This document shows, piece by piece, positions 49,103-58,678 of a stretch of 64,000 nt of DNA. Under the pieces are notes generated by a model that saw nothing but the letters and a program-made list of their open reading frames with translations, searched no databases and was not told where the DNA came from. The stretch is from assembly GCA_963674735.2 (NCBI GenBank), contig CAXXQS010000001.1, forward strand, positions 1,909,370-1,973,369. The letters run 5' to 3'. The position numbers and the translations under genes are program-made. This DNA comes from Myxococcota bacterium. GTDB taxonomy: Bacteria > Myxococcota_A > SURF-8. The stretch's first letter is position 1. Each line of letters starts with the position of its first letter.

Positions 49103-52100
49103 TCAACCTCTTTCCAGTAGGCAACCGGAGATTTTAATCGGGCCACGACAAACACCACGTCGATACGACTGATCTTATCGACATCCTTCCATGTGTTATC
49201 GAATTCGTTCTGATAGGAATATGGCGTAGGATAATCCTGGCCTATCTGGCTCATTAGGATGTCCGGCGCATCGGTATCCCTCTGCTCATTATAGCAGAGA
49301 TTGCTTGGAATGGAGTAGCCATAGTCTCGATTATGCGATCTGACCACCCGAGTTAGCTCTTCCGCCCGATCGCCATCGTAAACCAGATACCAAGACCCTA
49401 AGACAGGAAGACCTCGGATATGTGAAGAGTAGAGGTATTCCATATCTTGCATTATGGAACCGCTACGATAATCGTTTACAATTGTTCCGTTTCCCGTGGT
49501 TGCGGCATCTTCATGGAAAAGATGCTGTCGCTCATACCAGCTAAGCAAAGGTTTCGGACACGTCACCGCCCGTTTTGCAATTTCTCCACTTAGACCTTTA
49601 AACGAAACCGTGACTGGGCTGTTGCATGTCAATTCTCCATCGATCCTAAGCGGCTCAAGCCCCCAAGCGGCAGCATTGACAATAAACAGGTTTCCTTGAT
49701 CATCTTTGTGCGGAAATCCGTTTTCGTAATAATAAAAGTTGTCGTGTACACCGCCATCGGGACATTCCAGCGGATTTACTCCTGTTGATGGATCATTGTC
49801 CAAATCCGCCGTTATGCAGCAGTTAACCTGCATACCCGTTTGTGCGTCATACTCACACCAGTAATCGGCATAATAAACCTTATACCGCACCTCGTAAACG
49901 ACCGGAGGCGCGATATGTATTCCATTTTCATCAACGATGCTCTCGTAGGTATTAATTCCAAGATCCTGCGGAGACACCGTGAACTTGGTCACACCTTTCG
50001 AAAGAAAGGCATCCGCAGGTCCAGCGTAGTGGCAATCCTCGTCCGGACAAACTTCGAACGAGCTTCTATCGCAGTAGCGCGGCTGCTCGATCAGCAAGGT
50101 CGCCTGACAGTTTTCTCCGTTTTCATCGCAATCTTCGACCATCTCCCCGGTATCTTCTGCCTCGTAGTAACATGGAATACGTTCGAGCGTCTTCACGACA
50201 TACGTAAAGGGCATAAACGTTTGACCGCCATCGCCGAGTGACAATTTCAGATTATCGACACTTTCCGCGAGTAGACTTGCATAGCCGCTAGTCATGCTCT
50301 CAATCTTTTCTTCAATATTCTCTACTATCCAATGATCTTCATTGTAATCCTTTCTTGCTTCTAATACCTTTTCTCTATATGATGAATCAATAGCATCATA
50401 TTCTTGTTCCTGCATGATGGCAGGCAACTGGAAACGGTAGTTAGACAGGTTATCCCAAAGGCTGGTGTGAAAACCATATCTGGGATAACGCTTGAAAGCG
50501 TTTTCCTGCGGACTCCAAGATGCGGGAAGCGTAACATAGGGCGGGACTTCACTCTGCCCTAAAGTCGTGTACATAATCTGCGAAGCGCTGTAGATCTCTC
50601 GTTTTGCGGCCTCGACGGAAAGCCTCAATCCTTCGCATGTACTACCCAACCCAACACGGTCGTATTGATCGTCGCGCCAATTCAAATTAACGTATTTCCG
50701 CCAACTCGCGATATCTTCCAAAAATGTTTCCTGGTTTTCGATGTTCTGTCCATGGTAATTCATTGTCAATAGCGCCTGTTGTAACTGCATTTGTATCATC
50801 TGGGAGCTGATGCGCATTGATTCAACGATTTGTGAAATCGTTAATAACTGAATTTGGAATTCAGCCAAATGCATTTCTAAAAACGCCCGATCATTTCCGG
50901 GACAAGGATCTGTTCCAAATATCCACTCTAAAACCGTACTGAGTGTCCCCAGAGCTTCGCCAATGGGTCCGAAAAAGTCTGCCATTTCGCCTAAAACATC
51001 CGAAACCTCACCCAAATTTTCGTATACACCGAAATATTCCGGCATGGCCATACTCATGAGATAGTTATCTCGCATTTCATATAAACGCATCGTGTTTTCA
51101 TCAAAGCAAAGTTGCCGTATCTTATCGCACAATGTTTTCCCTTTACTAAAAGCTTGTGTCATGTATCCATTCACATCGCGTGCGGTGTTCAACATTTCCG
51201 TATTTATATACTCTTCACCGTAACATCTATCCGTCATTTCGTTGAGCATCTGCACAAGGCCAGTTTCCCGATTGCAAACAAGTCCCTCTTCCGTCATATC
51301 GCAACCCAGCATTAGTTGCGCACGTCTCGCAAAGCCATCCAGAGACTCGTTAAGTTCTGCCTCTAATGCGATTAAGCTATCCACTAGCATTTTGAAATCG
51401 TAAATCTGCTTTGAGGATGTGTTGATCTGTTGATCCGCATATCTAGTCAGAATTTCGCCCATCATGTCCATTCGTTCTTGAAGTCCCTGAGTAAAGATCG
51501 CATCTTGGCGTCGATCTCGAAGGGTTGTAAGCAAAATATTGATGCTATCTTGAAGCTTGTACCAGCGTTGAATATAACTATCGAACCCAGTTGGACGCGA
51601 TACATAAGCGTAGGAATTCAAATATGGATCCATATATGAAGGATTTTCGTAATCTTCTCCTTCATTTGCTAAATCGAAGTTTGACAACTGATACCAAGAT
51701 CGTGCAAGTGAACCATAAGGCATATCTATTGAGTTCACCTTAATGCCCAGCAAGTCTTCTTGTTTCGGATTCCTATATTCTTCCAACTTTTCAAATGTAT
51801 CAGATCTTAATGCACACTCTTTTACTGAATAGGGATGTTGTCCCACTATGACATATCGATTAGTTTTAAAATAATTATCTATTGCTTTAGCGAATAATAA
51901 TGTCAATCTCGGAGAATTCGGGTAATACATTGGTAAAGCATCAAACAGCTCATATGCAAGTTTCAGGAAATTGTTTTTATCTCTCATTGGTATGGCAGCT
52001 GCATCATCTGCTCTATCTGCAGCCTGCAAATATAAATTGAACAACTCAGTGTTGGACAATGTGAATTGAATGTCCTTTGTCAAATTGGGAGCAACCGGCC

Positions 52101-54207
52101 CTTCTTCGAGAGGGCCGTTTACTTCCGATTCTATATGATCTATTGAATTTTTCCATTGAGCAAGACCACGTCTCAAGTTGCCTTGCACCATATCCTTCTG
52201 GGACATGAGAGCAACTGGCATCGTTATTCCGAACGATGAAACCGGAAAATTTAACTCAGTACTTGCATCCATTTGAGGGTTTTCGCCGACATTGTAACAC
52301 CTCCATTTAGTGGATGACAAACCTCCAGAATTACCACAATCGGACGTCGGTAATTCTTCACCATCTGATGGGCATTGATCATTAATGCATGTAGGAATAC
52401 TATCACCCACGCATCCATTTAAACAATACCGCTCAATTTCCACACTTCCAGATACTACTGTTAAACATTTATTTTCAGATCCAAACAGATTAACCATGTT
52501 TTTCGACTTTATACAAAGCTCTATCTCGGAAAAGCCAGAATAGTCTTGCATTTGAAGAAGGCTTGAATACATCTTATAGTACAACGCATCAACAACTTCC
52601 TGTGCACCGGCGTACTGATTAAATATTTGTACAGTGTTTCTTTTATAAGCCGGTGCGTTGTGTTTTTGATTTGTCGATCCTTTGGCATAGTAAAAGCTGT
52701 CTTTTGAGTATACAGCGGCAAATCCTCCTTCAACTTCTTCATGGAACGTCGGCAATTCAAGCGTCCAGGTAATCTTTTTGTTATTGCCACTTCCCGAAAT
52801 ATTCTCGGTAAATAGTTCTAATGCTTCCAATTCAACAAGCGCTGCGTCGGTTCCATTGGGATAATAATCTTCAGCAGTCATATTGTCTTCGTGTAGGCTT
52901 CCAACTTCTACCCTATCATAAAACATTCCTTGCTGTGCATAGCCTAATCCTTCCCAATAGGCACGCGTGTTTATTCTGACAAGAGCATGTGCTGGCTTAA
53001 TGTTTTGGTGACTTGATAGTGCGGGAGGAATGCTATTTGTCTTTACTTCTTTTATACCAGTAACGTTGTTTGCCGCAACTAACAACACCGATGGAGTAGG
53101 AGTGTAAGCCCATACTCTCTTAAGCACTTCAAGTTCGCTTAGAGGCCTCGTACTTCCTGTGCTTGTTGGCGTACCATTTCCAACCCATTCAACGTCAATT
53201 TTTGTTTTAGGCTGTAGATTATCTACAATACCGGTTATTTTATTTGACAACAATATGGTGTTTAACCCTAGTTTAATGTAGTTTACAGGGATTTTGATAT
53301 TGGGAGCGGCAATAACTACTGTATTGGGGTTTTGTTCAAACAATTCTTCGTTTTCTCGCCGGTTATTATACAACCTTGTAAGGATTTGAGTTTTGTTGTC
53401 TATGCCATATCCTGATGCCGCTAAAGCAACAATTTCACCGGCATTTCCTGCTAATATATTATTCCTAGATAAGAATTCACATATTCCTAAAGCTAAGTCA
53501 TCTTCAGAACATATATATCTAGGATCCAGAACATAACCAATGTTTGTTGCAGGATCAATTGCGACCGTTAGTAACTCCGTTGCCGTCGAATTGCCATTCA
53601 ATCTATACTTGACAGCTGCTTTTGTTAGTATAAACCCGAACTTCGATCCAAAAATCAATGTGGACTTCGTATTCGCCTTTCCCATATAATCTGCGATTTT
53701 CTGAAGTTTCAGACTATCAATGTTGGGGTCGAATATTGCACCGGTAGCTGTAAACCTATTTGTTATTTCCTGGGTGTTAACTTCACTAAAATCAACCTGC
53801 TTGGGCCACATGTCGCAGTTGCTACCATCGATAAATCCCACCTTGTGGTAACCTAGCATCTCAGTTGAAGGCCTACTGTTCTTTATAAACTCGATTTCTG
53901 AATAGGATTCATCGTAAACGCTCACGTTTATCGGATGGTAAGACGTTTGAACCCCTTCAAAAGACCAGCCAGTTAAATCCGTTTCATTTGTAACGACTCG
54001 AATTTCATCAATTTCATTTATAGACTCGACCTTAACATCATTCATGCTGACCATCGTCGATTGTGTCTCAGAGTCAATATTGATTCTTATAAATGGCTCT
54101 TCTGCAGAGACTTCATAATCGCTTATTGTTACATCGGAGATCTCAGCAATGGGCAAGCTACGACCGCTAAAATCTATTGTAATGGCTTGCCCGTCCACGT
54201 GTGGCAT
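49099..54207 (-). CDS. 1702-aa orphan giant protein with no recognisable signal peptide or catalytic motif. Operon gene 2
   Basis: Uninterrupted 5.1-kb ORF in an AT-rich context, where long ORFs do not arise by chance. Beta-rich N-terminal third, a largely helical-looking centre and several Cys clusters. Confidence 0.75.
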   Translation of the reverse strand: MPHVDGQAITIDFSGRSLPIAEISDVTISDYEVSAEEPFIRINIDSETQSTMVSMNDVKVESINEIDEIRVVTNETDLTGWSFEGVQTSYHPINVSVYDESYSEIEFIKNSRPSTEMLGYHKVGFIDGSNCDMWPKQVDFSEVNTQEITNRFTATGAIFDPNIDSLKLQKIADYMGKANTKSTLIFGSKFGFILTKAAVKYRLNGNSTATELLTVAIDPATNIGYVLDPRYICSEDDLALGICEFLSRNNILAGNAGEIVALAASGYGIDNKTQILTRLYNNRRENEELFEQNPNTVVIAAPNIKIPVNYIKLGLNTILLSNKITGIVDNLQPKTKIDVEWVGNGTPTSTGSTRPLSELEVLKRVWAYTPTPSVLLVAANNVTGIKEVKTNSIPPALSSHQNIKPAHALVRINTRAYWEGLGYAQQGMFYDRVEVGSLHEDNMTAEDYYPNGTDAALVELEALELFTENISGSGNNKKITWTLELPTFHEEVEGGFAAVYSKDSFYYAKGSTNQKHNAPAYKRNTVQIFNQYAGAQEVVDALYYKMYSSLLQMQDYSGFSEIELCIKSKNMVNLFGSENKCLTVVSGSVEIERYCLNGCVGDSIPTCINDQCPSDGEELPTSDCGNSGGLSSTKWRCYNVGENPQMDASTELNFPVSSFGITMPVALMSQKDMVQGNLRRGLAQWKNSIDHIESEVNGPLEEGPVAPNLTKDIQFTLSNTELFNLYLQAADRADDAAAIPMRDKNNFLKLAYELFDALPMYYPNSPRLTLLFAKAIDNYFKTNRYVIVGQHPYSVKECALRSDTFEKLEEYRNPKQEDLLGIKVNSIDMPYGSLARSWYQLSNFDLANEGEDYENPSYMDPYLNSYAYVSRPTGFDSYIQRWYKLQDSINILLTTLRDRRQDAIFTQGLQERMDMMGEILTRYADQQINTSSKQIYDFKMLVDSLIALEAELNESLDGFARRAQLMLGCDMTEEGLVCNRETGLVQMLNEMTDRCYGEEYINTEMLNTARDVNGYMTQAFSKGKTLCDKIRQLCFDENTMRLYEMRDNYLMSMAMPEYFGVYENLGEVSDVLGEMADFFGPIGEALGTLSTVLEWIFGTDPCPGNDRAFLEMHLAEFQIQLLTISQIVESMRISSQMIQMQLQQALLTMNYHGQNIENQETFLEDIASWRKYVNLNWRDDQYDRVGLGSTCEGLRLSVEAAKREIYSASQIMYTTLGQSEVPPYVTLPASWSPQENAFKRYPRYGFHTSLWDNLSNYRFQLPAIMQEQEYDAIDSSYREKVLEARKDYNEDHWIVENIEEKIESMTSGYASLLAESVDNLKLSLGDGGQTFMPFTYVVKTLERIPCYYEAEDTGEMVEDCDENGENCQATLLIEQPRYCDRSSFEVCPDEDCHYAGPADAFLSKGVTKFTVSPQDLGINTYESIVDENGIHIAPPVVYEVRYKVYYADYWCEYDAQTGMQVNCCITADLDNDPSTGVNPLECPDGGVHDNFYYYENGFPHKDDQGNLFIVNAAAWGLEPLRIDGELTCNSPVTVSFKGLSGEIAKRAVTCPKPLLSWYERQHLFHEDAATTGNGTIVNDYRSGSIMQDMEYLYSSHIRGLPVLGSWYLVYDGDRAEELTRVVRSHNRDYGYSIPSNLCYNEQRDTDAPDILMSQIGQDYPTPYSYQNEFDNTWKDVDKISRIDVVFVVARLKSPVAYWKEVE

Positions 54208-57200
54208 TTCTGCATGGTAAAGTTTAAGGTCCGCTGCGATGTTAATGGCCCCATAATGTCAAAACGTGTTAATTCACTATTCTTATTTCCTAGCACATAC
54301 AGATTTACGCCTTCGAAATTGATTGAAGGAGCATAAAAAGCGGGCCCACGGAAGATAACAGTTCCGTTCCCTTTCGTTACCTCGCTGCTATTTATTATCT
54401 CGACGCTAGTGTTATCGCTAACTTCAATAATTCCGTTTACAGCACTTATTTTGCCAACAATAAAAGATGAAATCATATCGTCCACTATAACTCGTCGGTA
54501 AGAATCTTTTTTATTCACTTGCAACTCACCTAGACGGATTTCGCTACCGTCAATTCCGGCAACTACACTCTTCCTGTCTCCTGTGAAATTGATTGCCGCA
54601 TTACTGATATCCGCAGATGCCGTTTTTAATATTATATTTGAGTTTACGCTAACAGAAATTCCCGGATTTGTTATGAATTCTCCTTCATGTATAGTTAATT
54701 GCTCCAACTCCAATTCTGGCGTAGTTACAATTACAGTTCCTCCTCCATAAAGCACAAGATAATTTGCATATATTGGACTACTGATATATCGAATCTCCCC
54801 CTCAGGAACTAATAAGCCAATCTCCTCTACATCATTATGTGTGAGATCATCATCCATTAGAACTGGTATCTCGTTTTTACCGATATACAGGTAATCATGA
54901 TTATCTGGAGTGTAATTGTATTCATGCCGTCCTTCTAGTTTACTTTCACCCGTCAGCAACAACTCTCGTGGAAGCCGATAGTTTTCCGCTTCTTCAAAAC
55001 AATTCATACTCCCGACTACAAATTCCGTTGATCCAAATGATTTTAAGGTATTTCCATGGGCAGTATTAATATAATTAATATAGCTATAGTCGGCATTAAA
55101 TTCCGTTAATGAGAAAAATATCTTCTCCCCACATGAAATTGCTCCGCTAGGCTGAATATTATTTACAACAATTTCCTGCCCAATTTCTTCTCCATCAAGG
55201 ACTTTATGTTGGCTTATAATTGTTTTAACATCATTCAAGTAATCACTTGGAATATATTTAACTATACGCACTGCACCTTCACCGGTGAAGGACGCAGAAA
55301 TATAGTTGCCCGGATGCTTGTGTATCCATGCAGGAGAATCAGATATGTAAAATGTTCCTCTTTCATTAAACCCCATCGCATGTAGACTGATTCCCGATGA
55401 ATTTCTAGCTACAAAGTACATATTTCCTTCGTATTTAGCGGTATCAAAGTCAAGAAATCCTCCAGCCACAACAACATCATGATCGCTTATAGTTCTGACG
55501 CGGATTTCATCAATATCAAGTACAGTAATTTTTCCTGCGAGATCATTTAGAGAATTCTTGGGTCCACCGATGAGAACCTCTTCAAACCCATCACCATTTA
55601 CATCTAAAGAATCAATATTACAATACGATCTGTCAGGGATCATGAACTGTGAATACCATAATCCTTCTCGATGCAATTCACGCAATCCAGGATAAGTATA
55701 CACGGCGACTGAAACAACTTGATCCTTTACTTCGCATGTTGCCATTGCCATTCGACCAGTTTTCATTTTGAAGAATGTCTTTGCGTAAGAATTATAACTT
55801 GTCATCGACGGCACTTTAGTTGAATATTCGAAATAATCGCTACTAAAAGCAACCGGAGAACTCGCTAAATCGGACGGTTCAATAAGCACATGACGCATTG
55901 CATTGATATAGCAACTGCTGCCACCGATGAAAGTTCCGTTAAACTGCCCCTTGTCTACATCGCATTCCCAGCAACCATCTTCCGTTCTTTGGTTGTCCTC
56001 AATACATTCACCTTTGATATAACACATATTATTGCTTATACTCATAACACATTGACCCATGCTACATGCATACTGGCCGCAGCTAGGAGCGTCATTTCCA
56101 CTTGAGCAGGATTGGCCTTCTGATTCACTATTCCAGTACCAAGAATACTTGAATACGTTGGGATTACACAGAGAACAGCCATTCGGAGATTGCTGCCCTT
56201 CGGGAATACATTGATTATCGATTAAACAATATCCATCAGATACATCAGCAACACATTGGGACTCATGGCAAGTTCCCAATACGCAAGGCAAATCAGAATC
56301 AACATCGCAAGATTCACCATCATCAATCCTGTGTACGCACCCTAATTCGACGTCGCAGGCATCAGTTGTACAAGGATTGTCGTCATTACAATCTAAAAAC
56401 GACTTGGGGGTACAAACACCATCAATACAAGTATCACCGATCGTACATTCATCTTGATCGTTGCATGGTAAGTAGGAAACAGATGACCATTTATTCGGCG
56501 TAGTGGAGTCGCATAGCTGACATGGTTCTTCTGGTTTTTTCATTCCCTCTTCGAAGCAATATCCATCAATATAGCAAACTCCCTCCTTAAGGCGCGTTGC
56601 ACATGTACCAGAAAAAGAACTGCAGTAAGCCGAATGACAATTTGAGTCTAGATACTCGCAATCATTATCTGTGTCGCATTCTCCGGAGTATTGGCATCCA
56701 TTTATGGTGCAGATTCCGTTTCCTAAACATGTATTCTGGCCTATGCATACTCCTTCCGAGCAGCGATCATTATCTGTGCATGAAAACGTATCATCACATG
56801 AAGTTCCATTTACTGCATGTGTAGAAACGCATTCCTTTTGTGAGTCATCGCAAATTCCAACTGTGCAAGCACCATCATCTAGATATGAACAATCGAGCTG
56901 TGGATTTTCGCAAAATGGCAAAATTGTAATCACGATCTCGGCGGAATTTTCATTTTTATACGCCGTTATTTTGTGAACGCCTACAGGCAGATTTGATTTT
57001 TTAAATTCCCATGGATATCCTTTTCCAATGGGATTAATGTCCAGCTTGAACTCGGAATTTCCAATTGTGTTAACGGTGCCATCAGGCGCAGTATGCTCAC
57101 TTTTCCAATTCACCGTTCCAGTTCCGTTGTACTCGACATCAAAGTGAATTTCATCCTTCTCGTAGTATTCACTCTGAGTTGGTTTTTCAATGGTTACCTT

Positions 57201-57275
57201 GCACGAGACGGCGATAAGGGCAACAAAGAAAAATACGATAACCCGCATGGTTGCTAACATACAAGTATTACGCAT
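54174..57275 (-). CDS. Large lipoprotein: Ig-like N-module, tandem Cys-rich C-x-D-x-N-x-C-T-type repeats, FG-GAP-like segment, beta-helix-like C-terminus. Operon gene 1
   Basis: AGGAG lies 6 nt before the ATG at 57275. Lipobox LIAVSC. Repeats such as CNDQDECTIGDTCIDGVC / CNDDNPCTTDACD. DVNGDGFEEVLIGG is FG-GAP-like. The C-terminal repetitive N/G/S/I/V-rich strands suggest a beta-helix. Confidence 0.75.
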   Translation of the reverse strand: MRNTCMLATMRVIVFFFVALIAVSCKVTIEKPTQSEYYEKDEIHFDVEYNGTGTVNWKSEHTAPDGTVNTIGNSEFKLDINPIGKGYPWEFKKSNLPVGVHKITAYKNENSAEIVITILPFCENPQLDCSYLDDGACTVGICDDSQKECVSTHAVNGTSCDDTFSCTDNDRCSEGVCIGQNTCLGNGICTINGCQYSGECDTDNDCEYLDSNCHSAYCSSFSGTCATRLKEGVCYIDGYCFEEGMKKPEEPCQLCDSTTPNKWSSVSYLPCNDQDECTIGDTCIDGVCTPKSFLDCNDDNPCTTDACDVELGCVHRIDDGESCDVDSDLPCVLGTCHESQCVADVSDGYCLIDNQCIPEGQQSPNGCSLCNPNVFKYSWYWNSESEGQSCSSGNDAPSCGQYACSMGQCVMSISNNMCYIKGECIEDNQRTEDGCWECDVDKGQFNGTFIGGSSCYINAMRHVLIEPSDLASSPVAFSSDYFEYSTKVPSMTSYNSYAKTFFKMKTGRMAMATCEVKDQVVSVAVYTYPGLRELHREGLWYSQFMIPDRSYCNIDSLDVNGDGFEEVLIGGPKNSLNDLAGKITVLDIDEIRVRTISDHDVVVAGGFLDFDTAKYEGNMYFVARNSSGISLHAMGFNERGTFYISDSPAWIHKHPGNYISASFTGEGAVRIVKYIPSDYLNDVKTIISQHKVLDGEEIGQEIVVNNIQPSGAISCGEKIFFSLTEFNADYSYINYINTAHGNTLKSFGSTEFVVGSMNCFEEAENYRLPRELLLTGESKLEGRHEYNYTPDNHDYLYIGKNEIPVLMDDDLTHNDVEEIGLLVPEGEIRYISSPIYANYLVLYGGGTVIVTTPELELEQLTIHEGEFITNPGISVSVNSNIILKTASADISNAAINFTGDRKSVVAGIDGSEIRLGELQVNKKDSYRRVIVDDMISSFIVGKISAVNGIIEVSDNTSVEIINSSEVTKGNGTVIFRGPAFYAPSINFEGVNLYVLGNKNSELTRFDIMGPLTSQRTLNFTMQKCHTWTGKPLQ

Positions 57276-57488
57276 TTCACGCTCCTTAATAGAATTCACA
57301 TGAGCTTACTATGAGTACAATAAACAACTAAAACATACAAATTACAAAGTCAATAAAACAATCATGTGCAAGAATTATTACTGTGTAACTATCGCTAATA
57401 TGTAGTCGTATCAAATAGTTTGTTACATAATTTAAAGTGTAAAAGTCAAGAGCCTCCCGGACAGTTAGTCCTCTCGGTTGTTGGCTGA

Positions 57489-58574
57489 CTAGGCCGTTTC
57501 GGGAGTCGGTTCCTCCATTTCTTTTTTCTTGTTTTTCGTCTCTTTGATTTCGATGATTTCAGCTCGCTTCTTCTTTCCCATTTCAAACGTTTCGACCGGT
57601 CTTCGTCCCTGGTTTCTGTACCCGCGATGGGGGCGTTGATTGTTGTAAGACTCGAGCCAGGCGTCGAGATCGGTCTGGAGTTCCTCCAGGCTGAGATATA
57701 GCTTTTCCCTGAAAGCGGTTCTGAAGAATTCATCGAGTACGGTTCGGTTGAAGCGTTCGACGAATCCGTTTGTCCTCGGTGTTGCGACCTTGGTGTAGCG
57801 ATGCTTGATGCCGTGCAGCTCGAGCAAGATCTCGTAGAGATGGATCATGGGTCGTCCCTTGAATTCGGTTCCGTTGTCGGTGAGGATGTTTTCAATGATC
57901 AGTTCGTTTTCCTCATAGAACGGCAGGACGTGGTCGTAAAGGACATCGGCTGCGGTTTCCGGTCTTTTGGATGTATAGAGCTTTCCGAAGGCGATGGAAG
58001 AGTAGGTATCGACCACGGCCTGCAGATAGATTCTTCCGACGCCTTTCATTCGTCCGACGTACAAAGTGTCCTGGCAGATCAGCTGGCCGGGATACTCGCT
58101 CTCCACATGGCGCTCCCTGAAACAGGGATTTGCTTTTTCAATGAGACGGATCTGTTCTTCTGTCAGTTCGACACCCGCTTCTTTGACGACTTTTTCCTCA
58201 AGCAGCAGCAGTCGCTTGTAGCGGGTTTCCATGTTTTCCTTGATCCAGAGATTGCGTACGGATGATGCGGATACGGAGACGCCTTGAAGCTGCAACTGGT
58301 CGGCGATGCGCTGCTGTCCGAATGTCGGATGCTTTAGAGAGAGCGAGATAATCGTCTCCTTGGTCTCATCGGAAAGCTCGTTTGGGTGTGGCCCTGGAAT
58401 GGGCGGTTTGTCCATCAGGCCTTCGAGGCCGAACTCCTGGAAATCGCGTTTGTACTCATAGAATTGACTTCGCGACACCTCTTGCAGACGACAGGCTTTG
58501 GATACGTTTCCGAGTTTTTCAGCAAGCTGTAGCAATGTGAGTCGTTTTCGTGCTAATTTTTCCTTGGCGATCAT
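57489..58574 (-). CDS. IS481-family transposase (HTH plus integrase core)
   Basis: AAGGAG RBS before the ATG at 58574. Motifs QDTLYVG, ENILTDNGTEF, TPRTNGFVERFNRT, YNNQRPH. Confidence 0.9.
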   Translation of the reverse strand: MIAKEKLARKRLTLLQLAEKLGNVSKACRLQEVSRSQFYEYKRDFQEFGLEGLMDKPPIPGPHPNELSDETKETIISLSLKHPTFGQQRIADQLQLQGVSVSASSVRNLWIKENMETRYKRLLLLEEKVVKEAGVELTEEQIRLIEKANPCFRERHVESEYPGQLICQDTLYVGRMKGVGRIYLQAVVDTYSSIAFGKLYTSKRPETAADVLYDHVLPFYEENELIIENILTDNGTEFKGRPMIHLYEILLELHGIKHRYTKVATPRTNGFVERFNRTVLDEFFRTAFREKLYLSLEELQTDLDAWLESYNNQRPHRGYRNQGRRPVETFEMGKKKRAEIIEIKETKNKKKEMEEPTPETA

Positions 58575-58638
58575 TGATATCTCCTTCTCGATAAATGGTG
58601 GTTTGGTCACTGTCCATTATACCGAGAGGACGACCGCC

Positions 58639-58678
58639 GGCCAGTCCTGGGAGCTTTGCGGCTCCCTACGGACTGGCC
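58639..58678. repeat. 40-nt imperfect palindrome inside the transposase-proximal end of the IS481 element
   Basis: GGCCAGTCC-T-GGGAGC-tttgcg-GCTCCC-TAC-GGACTGGCC. This segment has no counterpart at the other IS end, where CCCGGACAGT is followed directly by the shared GTCCTCTCGGT. Confidence 0.7.

Noticed and set aside
54174-54260. Programmed -1 ribosomal frameshift fusing gene 1 to the giant gene
   Set aside because: There is no X XXY YYZ slippery heptamer in the zero frame within the interval where both frames are open. I kept it only as a question to check against reads and orthologues.
45844-57275. Composite transposon interpretation of the IS-bracketed operon
   Set aside because: The flanking elements belong to different families (IS3 versus IS481). 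They cannot act as a matched pair, and one IS3 copy is end-truncated.
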